From: an uncultured bacterium
Lineage (GTDB): Bacteria; Verrucomicrobiota; Verrucomicrobiia; Limisphaerales; UBA8199
NCBI GenBank assembly: GCA_963749495.1
Contig: CAVVMW010000015.1
Span: forward strand, 224,001 to 288,000
Direction of reading: 5' to 3'
Length of the DNA: 64,000 bases
Position numbers and translations under genes: made by a program. Positions 11,713 to 20,225 of the stretch are shown piece after piece (position 1 is the stretch's first letter; every line of letters begins with the position of its first letter). The notes beneath the pieces were generated by a model, which worked only from the letters and a program-made list of their open reading frames with translations, was not told the origin of the DNA and ran no database searches.

Positions 11713-12203
11713 ATCTGGCCTGCCAGCGTTGGCCCTGACCGTTCATGTCGTGGTGGTACAGGCCAGATGCGCCCGCACAGTTCGTTTTCCTGGTCGACAA
11801 CGCGACCGGGAGCCATATAGGCATCTACTATGCTGCGCACCCTGCAGCCTGAAGTCCTCACGCAGCCGACTGGGCATATCGGACAAAGCGAACCATGCTA
11901 TGGGTTGGCCCCATTTCCAGGGTGCCTTCCTGCGCTTCTTCACGCGTCCGTGGACGAATGCTTGGGGCGAGCGATGTCCTCCCCGGATGAGCACCGGTCA
12001 GGCCAGACCATAACATGGTTCGCGGCGCCCACAGCGGTGCCAGCCTCAATTCCAGGTCAGGTTTGATTCCAGCGGCTTCCTCCCGGCTCGGTCGGCACGG
12101 AGCCGGTGTCCCTGCACCGCAACTTTCAGCCGCTGACCCGGCCCTCAGGCGCCACCGCGCTCCCCCGCCCCCGTGCTGCGCCGAAACCGGCAAACCTCGC
12201 CCC

Positions 12204-12232
12204 TTGACACCCTCGTCCCCGTCCGGCAGCAT
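12204..12232 (+). promoter_or_regulatory. Putative sigma70-type promoter TTGACA-N17-CAGCAT
   Basis: Exact -35 with 17-bp spacer, 12 nt before the HNH ATG. The same architecture recurs at 20035 and 24608. Confidence 0.5.
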
Positions 12233-12244
12233 GAGAGCACGGGC

Positions 12245-12908
12245 ATGACTGAAGCATTCAATTTTGACCTGAAGGCAAAGCGCACACGCCTGAGCGATGG
12301 AGACCTCATCGCCGCACTTGAGGGAGCGGTACTGACGCTTGGTGAGGGCTATTTCTCCTCTACCGACTACGACGCGCTTTCCGGTAAGCGTCCCTGTTCT
12401 GATACCATCATTGACCGATTCGGTTCGTGGAAGAAGGCTCTGGCATTGATCGGGATTAGGGGCGGGAGAGAGAGACGCTATTTACCGGATCGACTTATCC
12501 ACAATCTCGAGGATGCATGGAAATTACTTGGATACCCGCCCGGAAAGAGACAGATCGCGAAGCTCGGCGAGAAGATCTCGGAAAGACCATACGTTAATCA
12601 CTGGGGGAGTGTGCATGCCGCATGCGAGGCGTTGGCCGCCTTTCACAACGGCGAGATATCGAAAGAACAACTGCTCGCCGGCAATGCCGAGAAACCGACA
12701 CGGAAAACAATCCCGCTGAAAGATAGATGGGCCGTGCTGAAACGCGATAACTACCGCTGCACAAAGTGCGGTCTGTACTCCATCCAGCAATCATAATGTC
12801 GAACTGGAAGTGGATCACGACACTCCAGTTGCCAAAGGCGGGAGTAACGACCTCGACAATCTTCGAACTCTCTGTCGAGAGTGCAACCAAGGCAAGAAGG
12901 ATCGATGA
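12245..12908 (+). CDS. HNH endonuclease with N-terminal homing-endonuclease-associated-like repeats, apparent frameshift near 12772
   Basis: RFGSWKKAL / HWGSVHAAC repeats, then RWAVLKRDNYRCTKCG. The shifted frame continues ELEVDHDTPVAKGGSNDLDNLRTLCRECNQGKKDR*. Lower GC than flanks. Confidence 0.8.
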
Positions 12909-12911
12909 TGC

Positions 12912-12971
12912 GCCCAATAATCGGTTGCAGCGGAAGGCGCTGCGCGCTGCGGCTGAACCGGCGCGTTGCTC
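12912..12971 (+). mobile_element. attC-like integron cassette recombination site (degenerate)
   Basis: GCCCAAT-AATCGG-TTGCAGCGG...GCGGCTGAA-CCGG-CGC-GTTGCTC: about 60-bp imperfect palindrome directly after the stop codon, with RYYYAAC-like and GTT ends. Confidence 0.55.
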
Positions 12972-13037
12972 AGTCAGTAAATAAAAGTAAAAGGGGTCAG
13001 CCATAGCATGGTTCGCGGGCCGGTGGAAGACCCCAAG

Positions 13038-13520
13038 CTATGGCTTGACCCCTCGCCTGACCCCTCGCCCGTTGGGCAACGCGGGTGATGTGCCGATCCG
13101 AGCCTCGGGCGGCGGGGGCGGCTCGAACCAGTTCTCCACCCTGAGCCCTACTACATGGTCAAAATGGCGGACGTTCCGAGTGACTAGAATCAAACGCTTC
13201 TCTTTTGCCGTTGCCGCGAGCAGTCCATCTCGGTAGCCCACCGGCGTTCCTTTCATCTTCCACTCCGCACGAAGGTCTGCTGCAGCAATCGCCAACGCTT
13301 CGTCAAGCGGCAGCACAGTAAGCCGGGGAAACACCTCTGCTTGAGAGCGTTCCCAGAGTTTGTTGCCGGGAGGCCCGATTTTTGCGCCATAGCGGATTTC
13401 CTCAAGACAGATGACGGAAGTAAACAAATCGGCGGGTTCCGTTTCGAAGCGCGATTCCACGCAAGGATCGGGCCGCAACCGGATGAGTTCGCTCAGCACG
13501 TTTGTGTCCAACAGGTACAT
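13038..13520 (-). CDS. vapC: VapC-family PIN domain toxin
   Basis: MYLLDTNVLSE, EEIRYG, DGLLAATA, LVTRNVRHF. Confidence 0.9.
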   Translation of the reverse strand: MYLLDTNVLSELIRLRPDPCVESRFETEPADLFTSVICLEEIRYGAKIGPPGNKLWERSQAEVFPRLTVLPLDEALAIAAADLRAEWKMKGTPVGYRDGLLAATAKEKRLILVTRNVRHFDHVVGLRVENWFEPPPPPEARIGTSPALPNGRGVRRGVKP

Positions 13521-13523
13521 GCC

Positions 13524-13781
13524 TCAATCGAACTCAGGCGCCGGAGGTCCCGGCGACCGATGCCGCTCTTCCTCGATTTCCTCCAAAACCTTGAAGATCG
13601 CGTCGTCGTTGGGAATGCCGTCCGGGTTGTAATAGCTGCCGTCCGGAAGCCGTTGAAGCTGTCGTCTAAGTTCCCTTCGCGGGTCGGCCGTGGCCTTGGC
13701 CAGTTCGGCACAGATCATCTGCTGTTCCGCCAGCGGCAGACTCTTCACCAACTCCAAAACCCTAAGCGCGATCGTGCTCAC
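13524..13781 (-). CDS. Putative antitoxin upstream of vapC
   Basis: Small ORF ending 3 nt before the vapC start, with an acidic C-terminus (VLEEIEEERH). Confidence 0.65.
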   Translation of the reverse strand: MSTIALRVLELVKSLPLAEQQMICAELAKATADPRRELRRQLQRLPDGSYYNPDGIPNDDAIFKVLEEIEEERHRSPGPPAPEFD

Positions 13782-14047
13782 GACTCCAAACTTAGCCGAA
13801 CTGAGGACCTGTGGCAATCCTGGACCAGTAAACGGGTCGGCAGCGAAGAGCCGGGCCAGCGTGGCTTTTCGAGTCTGAGGAAGCTTCGATCACAGGCGTG
13901 ACTCGATTCCTCTCCATCGCCTCCAACATCGCAGAAGCCTCGGGGTCAGATCTCGGCCCTCGACGTTCACCTCGAAGGCTGGCTCATCGGAAACGTCCGG
14001 TTCCCCTTCCCCGCAGCGCCTTGGCCTGTCGAACCGGCGGTTGAGGC

Positions 14048-14791
14048 TCACCAGGCGTCGATACGGATTCGCTCCGGCGGCACGCCGCGGCGGACGAGGG
14101 CGGGTCTCAGGGTGGCGAGCATCGAGGGTGGCCCGGACAAATAGAAGACGCTCGAAGCCGGGGCCTTGAGCAGCGGCCAGACCGAATCCAGCGTGATGCG
14201 CCCGTCAAACCACTGTGGGCCGTTGGGGCGGGCCACAGCCGGCCGAACCTGCCCGTCTCCTCCGCTTTCCGTGAACCAGAGCGTCCTGAAGCGGGGCACT
14301 CGTGCCAGATGCCCGAGAATGTCCTCCTTGAACAGCAGCAGGTCGGGCGCGCGGGCGCCGTACACGAGGGTTACGTCCCGTGGAATCTCCGGCGCGAGGG
14401 CCTCGAGGAATGCCGTGAAGGCGCTGATGCCGGTGCCCCCGGCGATGAGGACCGCGGGGGTGGCGTCGTCGATGACGAACTCACCAAAGGGCAGCTTGAC
14501 CCAGACCTCAGCGCCCGGTTCGAGGGCCTGTTCCATTCGCGTTGTGTAGCGACCCTTGACGGAGTAGCAGATGCGCAGGCGGCGGCGATTGCGCGGGGAA
14601 CTGGCGATGGAAAACACTCGGGATTCGGGCCAGAAACTCGAAGGGGTCGTAGGCTCCACGGTCAGGTGCAAGAACTGCCCCGGCTGGAACGCCGGGACTG
14701 GCGCGCCGGGCACCAGGTCAACCGTGTAAACGCGGGCGCCATGATCGATGACCGACTCGACCTGGCAACGGATTTTCCGGGGCATGCTCAT
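14048..14791 (-). CDS. FAD/NAD-binding ferredoxin reductase-like oxidoreductase (AscD/E3-like partner)
   Basis: FQPGQFLHL, RVFSIASSP, LIAGGTGISA, FYLSGPP. Coupled (ATGA) to the rfbH remnant. Confidence 0.8.
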   Translation of the reverse strand: MSMPRKIRCQVESVIDHGARVYTVDLVPGAPVPAFQPGQFLHLTVEPTTPSSFWPESRVFSIASSPRNRRRLRICYSVKGRYTTRMEQALEPGAEVWVKLPFGEFVIDDATPAVLIAGGTGISAFTAFLEALAPEIPRDVTLVYGARAPDLLLFKEDILGHLARVPRFRTLWFTESGGDGQVRPAVARPNGPQWFDGRITLDSVWPLLKAPASSVFYLSGPPSMLATLRPALVRRGVPPERIRIDAW

Positions 14792-15734
14792 GCGCCTTTG
14801 CCCGCCATGAACTGGTCCACCGTTGCCAGCACGTGGTGGATCATCTCTGCTGTCAGTCCGGGATAGACGCCGATGAAAAAGCGTGAGAATAGACGTACTT
14901 GTGGTCGTAGCCGAAGGGCAGCGTCCCAAACTGCTGGCCGAACCGCTTGCCGCACGTGTTGTTCTCCCCGCCGGCGCAATAGCAATCCCGGCCCCAGTCC
15001 CGGAGACTGCGGGCAATTCGAGCGAGGTCCTCGTTCGCCGTCGCCACCGCGCCGCCTTCGCCCATGGTAATGTGGTGCGCCGGGTAGAAGCTGAACGTGG
15101 CCAAGTCGCCGAACGTCGCCGTGAGCCGGCCTTCGTATCGGGTGCCCAGGGCGTCGCAGTTGTCTTCCACCAGCCACAGGCCGTGGCGATCGCACCACTC
15201 GCGCACCTCGCGCACCGCGTAGGGCACGCCCATCGTGTGGGCGATCATGACTGCTTTGGTCCTGGGACTCAGAGCGGCCTCTATCGCTTCCAGGCCTGGC
15301 ACGTAGCTGCCCAACTCCACATCCACGAAGACCGGGACCGCGCGGTTCTGGAGGATAGGGTTGACCGTGGTGGGAAAACTCGCCGCCACCGTGATGACTT
15401 CGTCGCCGGGGCGCACGCGCCGGTCCTTGAGCTTGGGCGAAGCCAGCGCGGACAACGCCACCAGGTTGGCCGACGAGCCGGAGTTGACCAGCAGCACGTT
15501 GCCGACACCCAGAAACTCAGCGAGATTTGCCTCGAATTCTTCCGCATACCGCCCGGCCGTCAGCCAGAAATCCAGCGAGGCGACCACCAGGTTGACCAGC
15601 TCGCTCTCGTCGAAGAAGCGCCCGGCGTAGCGCACCAGGTCCTCCCCCGGACGAAACGCCTTGGAGACCTCGGCCGTGTGGAATTCGCGGACCAGGCCCA
15701 GAATTTGACGGCGAATTGTGTTCCGGTCACTCAT
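14788..15734 (-). pseudogene. rfbH: CDP-4-keto-6-deoxyglucose 3-dehydratase (RfbH/AscC) with internal deletion
   Basis: [15 protein letters not shown] (His in place of the PLP Lys), [24 protein letters not shown]. It then jumps directly, out of frame, to the terminal FFIGVYPGL segment. Confidence 0.8.
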
Positions 15735-15828
15735 TCGAATCATTTAGCACTTGGCACGGCTCTGAAACAACAAGAAACGCCGCATTTTCGAGTTGTCACG
15801 GCGCGAATTTGGCGTTCTACTCCTGGCC

Positions 15829-18800
15829 ATGAGAACAAGCTTCTCCTTCCGGATATCGTTCCCCTCCTCCGCACGGCTGCGCGTTAGAGCGCCTCTGAAA
15901 AGGCTCCGTGGCAGGGGCGTCCCGCCCCTGTCTATCGCGGGCGAGACGCCCGCGCCACCCCTCTTCAGACACGCTCTTAGTTTATTCGCTGTCGCATCAC
16001 TCACGTGCTCTCTGCCGTTGATGGCGGAGCCGGCCGGCCAGCCGAGCACTCCCGCCCTGCTCGGGCAAATCGGCGTCACCAAGGGCATCTGCGCGTTGCC
16101 AGGCGACCGCGCCTGCGAACTGGCGCTCAGCCTCGCCCGCGCAACCGACCTGATGTTCTACGTGCAACTTCCGGGTGCGGCCGAGGTCGAGAGCGCGCGG
16201 CGGCGCGCCTATGATTCGGGGCTTTACGGCACGCGCATTTTTGTCGAGCAAGGGCCCGTGGACCATCTGCTCCTGGCCGGCAACGTCGCTGACGCCGTAA
16301 TCGCTACCGGCGCCGCCGAGAGCATGCCCGTCGCAGAGGCGCTCCGGGTCGTGCGCCCGCAGGGCAGGGTGGTCCTGGGCGCGCGCCGCGAAACCAAGGC
16401 GTTCCCGGCAGGTATTGATGATTGGAGCCACCCGTATCACGGGCCGGATAACAACCCGGTCTCCCACGACAAATTGGCGCGCGGTCCGTACCTGACGCAG
16501 TTCCTGGCGGATCCGCGTTACGCCCCGCTGCCGCAGGTGGCGGTGACCGCGGCCGGCAGGGTATTCAAGGCCTTCGGCCACATCGCCTTCAAGGAACGGG
16601 AGGAGCCGTGGCTGAACACGCTCGCGGCCTTCAACGGTTACAATGGCACGCTGTTATGGCGCCGCGAAATCGCGCCGGCGCTCATGGTCCATCGCAATGC
16701 GCTCATCGCCACGGCCACCAACGTGTACTTCGGCGATGACCAGTCCTGCAAAGTGTTCGATGCCGCCACGGGCGAACTGAAGGAAGAAATAGCGCCGCCG
16801 GCGGGCGAAACCGGCGGCACCTTCTGGAAGTGGATGGCCCTGGATGACAACGTCCTCTACGCCATGATCGGCGAACCGGAATCGCGCGACCCCACGATCC
16901 GCGCCCGGCGAGTCTCTCACGGCTGGCCGTGGGACCCCCTTTCACCCGGGTTCAACCAGAAAGAGCAACCGTGGGGCTACGGAAAAACGCTGGTGGCGCT
17001 CGACCCCGCCAGCAAGCGCATCTTGTGGCGTTATCATGAGGACCAGCCCATGGACGCACGCGCGGTTTGCCTCAAGCATGGACGCCTGTACGCCTTCAGC
17101 TTCGGCAATTACCTCACCTGCCTGGACGCCAGGACCGGCGCCCAGATCTATCGACACACCAAAGAGAACGCCCCGCAATTGTTCGACGCCCTCGGCGTCT
17201 ATCAGGACCGCCAGGACTGGCGCTCGAACTGGCGGACCACGGCCCTGTTGCGGTGCAGCGACCAGGCCCTCTATTTCGCCGGCCCGGCTCTCCAGCGTCT
17301 GGTGGCCGTTGCCGCCGACAGCGGCAAGGTCTTGTGGTGTCACCCTTACAGCAATTACCAGCTCATCTTGCAGGGCGACTACCTGTACGGCATCAGCGGA
17401 CAGATTGACAATGAGGTTAGCCGCAAGTTCGACCCTCTGACCGGCAAGATCCTCGCTGAGCTCAAGACCAATCGCCGCGCCTGCACCCGCCCCACCGCGT
17501 CGTGTGATGCCATCTTCTTCCGCGCCGACGAAGGCTCGGTGCGTCTGGACCTGCAGAAAGATCAGTCGCAACTGGTTTCTCCCATGCGCCCCAATTGTCA
17601 TGATGGCGTCACCGTCGCCAACGGCTTGCTCTACTGGTGGCCGTCGGTGTGCGACTGCGACCTGACTCTCTATGGCATCACCTGCCTTGGGCCGGCCGGA
17701 GATTTCGACTTCGACCAAAGCGCGACCGAAACCGCCAGGCTCGAACCCGTGTCTGACGGACCTCCAGCGCCCAGCCTGTCCGTGGACGCCTCGGATTGGC
17801 CCGCCTTCCGCGCCAACAACTCGGCGACCGCCACAGCCTCCGTGCCGCTGCGCGCGGATGCCAAACTGCTCTGGGAGTATGTGCCCAAGACCGCCTATAC
17901 GCCGTCCGCGCCAACCGCTGCGGCGTCCCTGGCGTTTGTGAGCGGCTCGGATGGCGTCATCCGGGCGTTCGACGTGGAAAGCGGCAAGGAAGCCTGGCTC
18001 GCCTTCACCGGCGGCGACGTGCGCTTGCCGCCGACCATCGCCCAGGGCCGTGCCCTGGCGGGGTCGGGAGACGGTTGGGTGTACGCGTTGGATGCCGCGA
18101 CCGGGAAGCGGGTCTGGCGTTTCCGCGCCGCACCCGTCGAGCGGCGCATTCCCATCTACGGAACGCTCCAATCCACCTGGCCCGCCGCCAGCGGCGTGCT
18201 TGTGGATGACGGCGTGGCCTATGTCGCCGCCGGGTTAGCCAATTACGACGGCACCCACGTTTACGCCCTGGATGCGGCCACTGGCAGGATTCGCTGGCAG
18301 AACAACCGGTCCGGCCACCTCGACGAGGCTTCGCACACGGGCGTGGGCGTCCAAGGCCACATGGTGATCCACGGGGGCAAGTTGTTCCTTGCCGGCGGCA
18401 ACGCCGTGTCCCCCGCCGAATACGATCTGGCCGGCGGAGAATGCCGCAACTCGCTGCCGGTCCGGCAGACTCCAACAGGCAATGTCCCCGTCGGGTCGGT
18501 CGCCCCGCGCGGCTGGGAGCTCTACATCGTGGGCAACGAAATCCGAGTGGCTGGAAAGCCCTACTATTCGCATCCGCAATATCCCGTATTCGATGCCTCG
18601 GTGCTCAACAAAACGCTGTTTGCCAGCGTGGCCCATTACGATCTAGCGTGGGCAAACAACGCCAAACTCATGTGCTTTACCAACGTTCCCGGAGACCGCG
18701 CCGAATTCCAGAAAGCGCTGTGGGGCCAGACGCAATCCAAAGAAGTGAAGCCGGCTTGGGAATTCGACTGTCCAAAAAGCGCCGCCTTGGCGCTGTGCCC

Positions 18801-18975
18801 CAACGCCGTCCTCATCGCCACACCGGGGGAACTCGCCGCGCTCAGCCTCGAGGACGGACGGGTGCTTTGGAAACAACCGCTGCCGGCCGCTCCGGTTGCC
18901 TGGGGTCTCGCGGTCAATCGCGAGGGCAAAGTCATCGTTACGCTCGAAGGTGGACGCGTGCTCTGCTTTGGGTAG
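15829..18975 (+). CDS. Secreted PQQ/BamB beta-propeller repeat protein with N-terminal methyltransferase-like domain
   Basis: DWSHPYHGPDNN, AFNGYNGTLLW, DWPAFRANN, GDGWVYALDAATGKRVWRF repeats; EALRVVRPQG methyltransferase-like motif. Confidence 0.85.
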   Translation: MRTSFSFRISFPSSARLRVRAPLKRLRGRGVPPLSIAGETPAPPLFRHALSLFAVASLTCSLPLMAEPAGQPSTPALLGQIGVTKGICALPGDRACELALSLARATDLMFYVQLPGAAEVESARRRAYDSGLYGTRIFVEQGPVDHLLLAGNVADAVIATGAAESMPVAEALRVVRPQGRVVLGARRETKAFPAGIDDWSHPYHGPDNNPVSHDKLARGPYLTQFLADPRYAPLPQVAVTAAGRVFKAFGHIAFKEREEPWLNTLAAFNGYNGTLLWRREIAPALMVHRNALIATATNVYFGDDQSCKVFDAATGELKEEIAPPAGETGGTFWKWMALDDNVLYAMIGEPESRDPTIRARRVSHGWPWDPLSPGFNQKEQPWGYGKTLVALDPASKRILWRYHEDQPMDARAVCLKHGRLYAFSFGNYLTCLDARTGAQIYRHTKENAPQLFDALGVYQDRQDWRSNWRTTALLRCSDQALYFAGPALQRLVAVAADSGKVLWCHPYSNYQLILQGDYLYGISGQIDNEVSRKFDPLTGKILAELKTNRRACTRPTASCDAIFFRADEGSVRLDLQKDQSQLVSPMRPNCHDGVTVANGLLYWWPSVCDCDLTLYGITCLGPAGDFDFDQSATETARLEPVSDGPPAPSLSVDASDWPAFRANNSATATASVPLRADAKLLWEYVPKTAYTPSAPTAAASLAFVSGSDGVIRAFDVESGKEAWLAFTGGDVRLPPTIAQGRALAGSGDGWVYALDAATGKRVWRFRAAPVERRIPIYGTLQSTWPAASGVLVDDGVAYVAAGLANYDGTHVYALDAATGRIRWQNNRSGHLDEASHTGVGVQGHMVIHGGKLFLAGGNAVSPAEYDLAGGECRNSLPVRQTPTGNVPVGSVAPRGWELYIVGNEIRVAGKPYYSHPQYPVFDASVLNKTLFASVAHYDLAWANNAKLMCFTNVPGDRAEFQKALWGQTQSKEVKPAWEFDCPKSAALALCPNAVLIATPGELAALSLEDGRVLWKQPLPAAPVAWGLAVNREGKVIVTLEGGRVLCFG
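15887..15976. mobile_element. MITE-like element (90 bp + TTA duplication) inserted in frame into a signal peptide
   Basis: Ends GAGCGCCTCTGAA / TTCAGACACGCTC (11/13 inverted match). TTA at 15884-15886 and 15977-15979. Internal REP-like hairpins. Confidence 0.75.
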
Positions 18976-19037
18976 TGAACTGACCCGTAAAACGTGAAGC
19001 GTGAAACGTGAAAAAAGAACAAGGCAGGTTGCCACCT

Positions 19038-19814
19038 TTATTTCTTGACGGCTCCTAACCGGCCATAACCGTGCTCGGCGAACAGCCGCTTCGTTGACTC
19101 CGTCCGACAGGCCTTCAGGAAAGCGTCGCGCAAAGCGGGATTTTGGCTTTGCGCCAAACCCACGACGGTCACGCTGATCTCCGGATACTCCTCGGCGGCA
19201 GGAACCCGTTCAACCTTGCCCCGGTACATCAATGCGATGTAGTTCCAGACCACCACGGCATCCAGCGGCCCCAGGATCAGGCCCTCGGCGACTTCGGCAT
19301 GGGTTCGGGCCTGCAGCGCAACCTGTTTCATCACGGCGTCGCGCAGCCCCTTCTTCTCCAGCAATTCGACAAACAGGGCGCCGCAGGTCGAATACTGCGG
19401 ATCGCCGATGCCGAGCTTGATATTTCGGTTCGTCAGGTCGCTGAGGGATTTCAGCCCCAGCGGATTGCCTGGCCGCGCCAGCAGGACAGGCTCGAGCACT
19501 CCTACCTTAGCCGAGCCAGCCCAACGTCCTGCCTCCTTGATCTTCTGCTCGAAGGGATCGTGGCAGATGAAAATGTCCGCCGGCGCGCCGCTCAGGATTC
19601 GGGGCAACAGGGTCTCCGATCCACCCAGATCCACCAGCACCTCAGCGCCCTGATCCTCCTTGAAACGCCGGCAGAGGATTTGCGCCGGTGCGGCCATGGA
19701 ACTGCCGCACAGGACGCGCAGCTCGACCGGTTTGTCCGGTGATTGAGCCTCGCGGGAGCAGCCGCCCGCCAGGAGCACTATGAACGTCAGGAGCCGCAGG
19801 GTGCGATGAATCAT
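19038..19814 (-). CDS. Molybdate-type ABC substrate-binding lipoprotein
   Basis: Lipobox LAGGC, LCGSSM, DLGGSETL, GNPLG, GDPQYSTCG. Confidence 0.8.
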   Translation of the reverse strand: MIHRTLRLLTFIVLLAGGCSREAQSPDKPVELRVLCGSSMAAPAQILCRRFKEDQGAEVLVDLGGSETLLPRILSGAPADIFICHDPFEQKIKEAGRWAGSAKVGVLEPVLLARPGNPLGLKSLSDLTNRNIKLGIGDPQYSTCGALFVELLEKKGLRDAVMKQVALQARTHAEVAEGLILGPLDAVVVWNYIALMYRGKVERVPAAEEYPEISVTVVGLAQSQNPALRDAFLKACRTESTKRLFAEHGYGRLGAVKK

Positions 19815-19826
19815 CCGAGGACCATA

Positions 19827-19894
19827 GGGGAAATCGCCCGGGGCTTCCAGCAAATCTGAAAGTTGCACGCCCAAAGCCGGGGTCAGCAGTTTTC
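19827..19894. repeat. 68-bp direct repeat, copy 1 (copy 2 at 23811-23878)
   Basis: GGGGAAATCG(C/A)CCGGG(G/A)CTTCCAGCAAATCTGAAAGTTGCACGCCCAAAGCCGGGGTCAGCAGTTTTC, 2 mismatches. Confidence 0.9.
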
Positions 19895-20225
19895 TACACC
19901 CAACACGCGCTGGCTTCACCGTAATTGAAGCATTCCTTCGCTTAGCTCTGTTCCAGGCCATCGGGTTCGCGATCGCTTGCCTTGGGGCAGGGGGCAGGCG
20001 CAAAAGCCGTCGGCGGCCCCTCAAGACTCGCCATTTGACATCACGGTTTCCCTAACGCAGCATCAGGCCATGACCAGTCAGATCCATACCAGTTCCGCTC
20101 GCCAGCGCAGCGGCCATGAGCCCGCAGGGCGCAAGCAGGAAGCCGTCGATCCGCCGCTCATCCGGTCAGGTGAGCGAAACGGGAGATGACATTGCCGCGG
20201 CCAACTGCTAATCTCCCTGAGCCGC

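Noticed and set aside
19845..19965. Degenerate XRE/C-protein HTH (GLEQ..KRRNASITV...ALGVQLSDLL) divergent from the MTase
   Set aside because: Needs frameshifts, and the same sequence in the second repeat copy runs into a hydrolase tail; too ambiguous to call.
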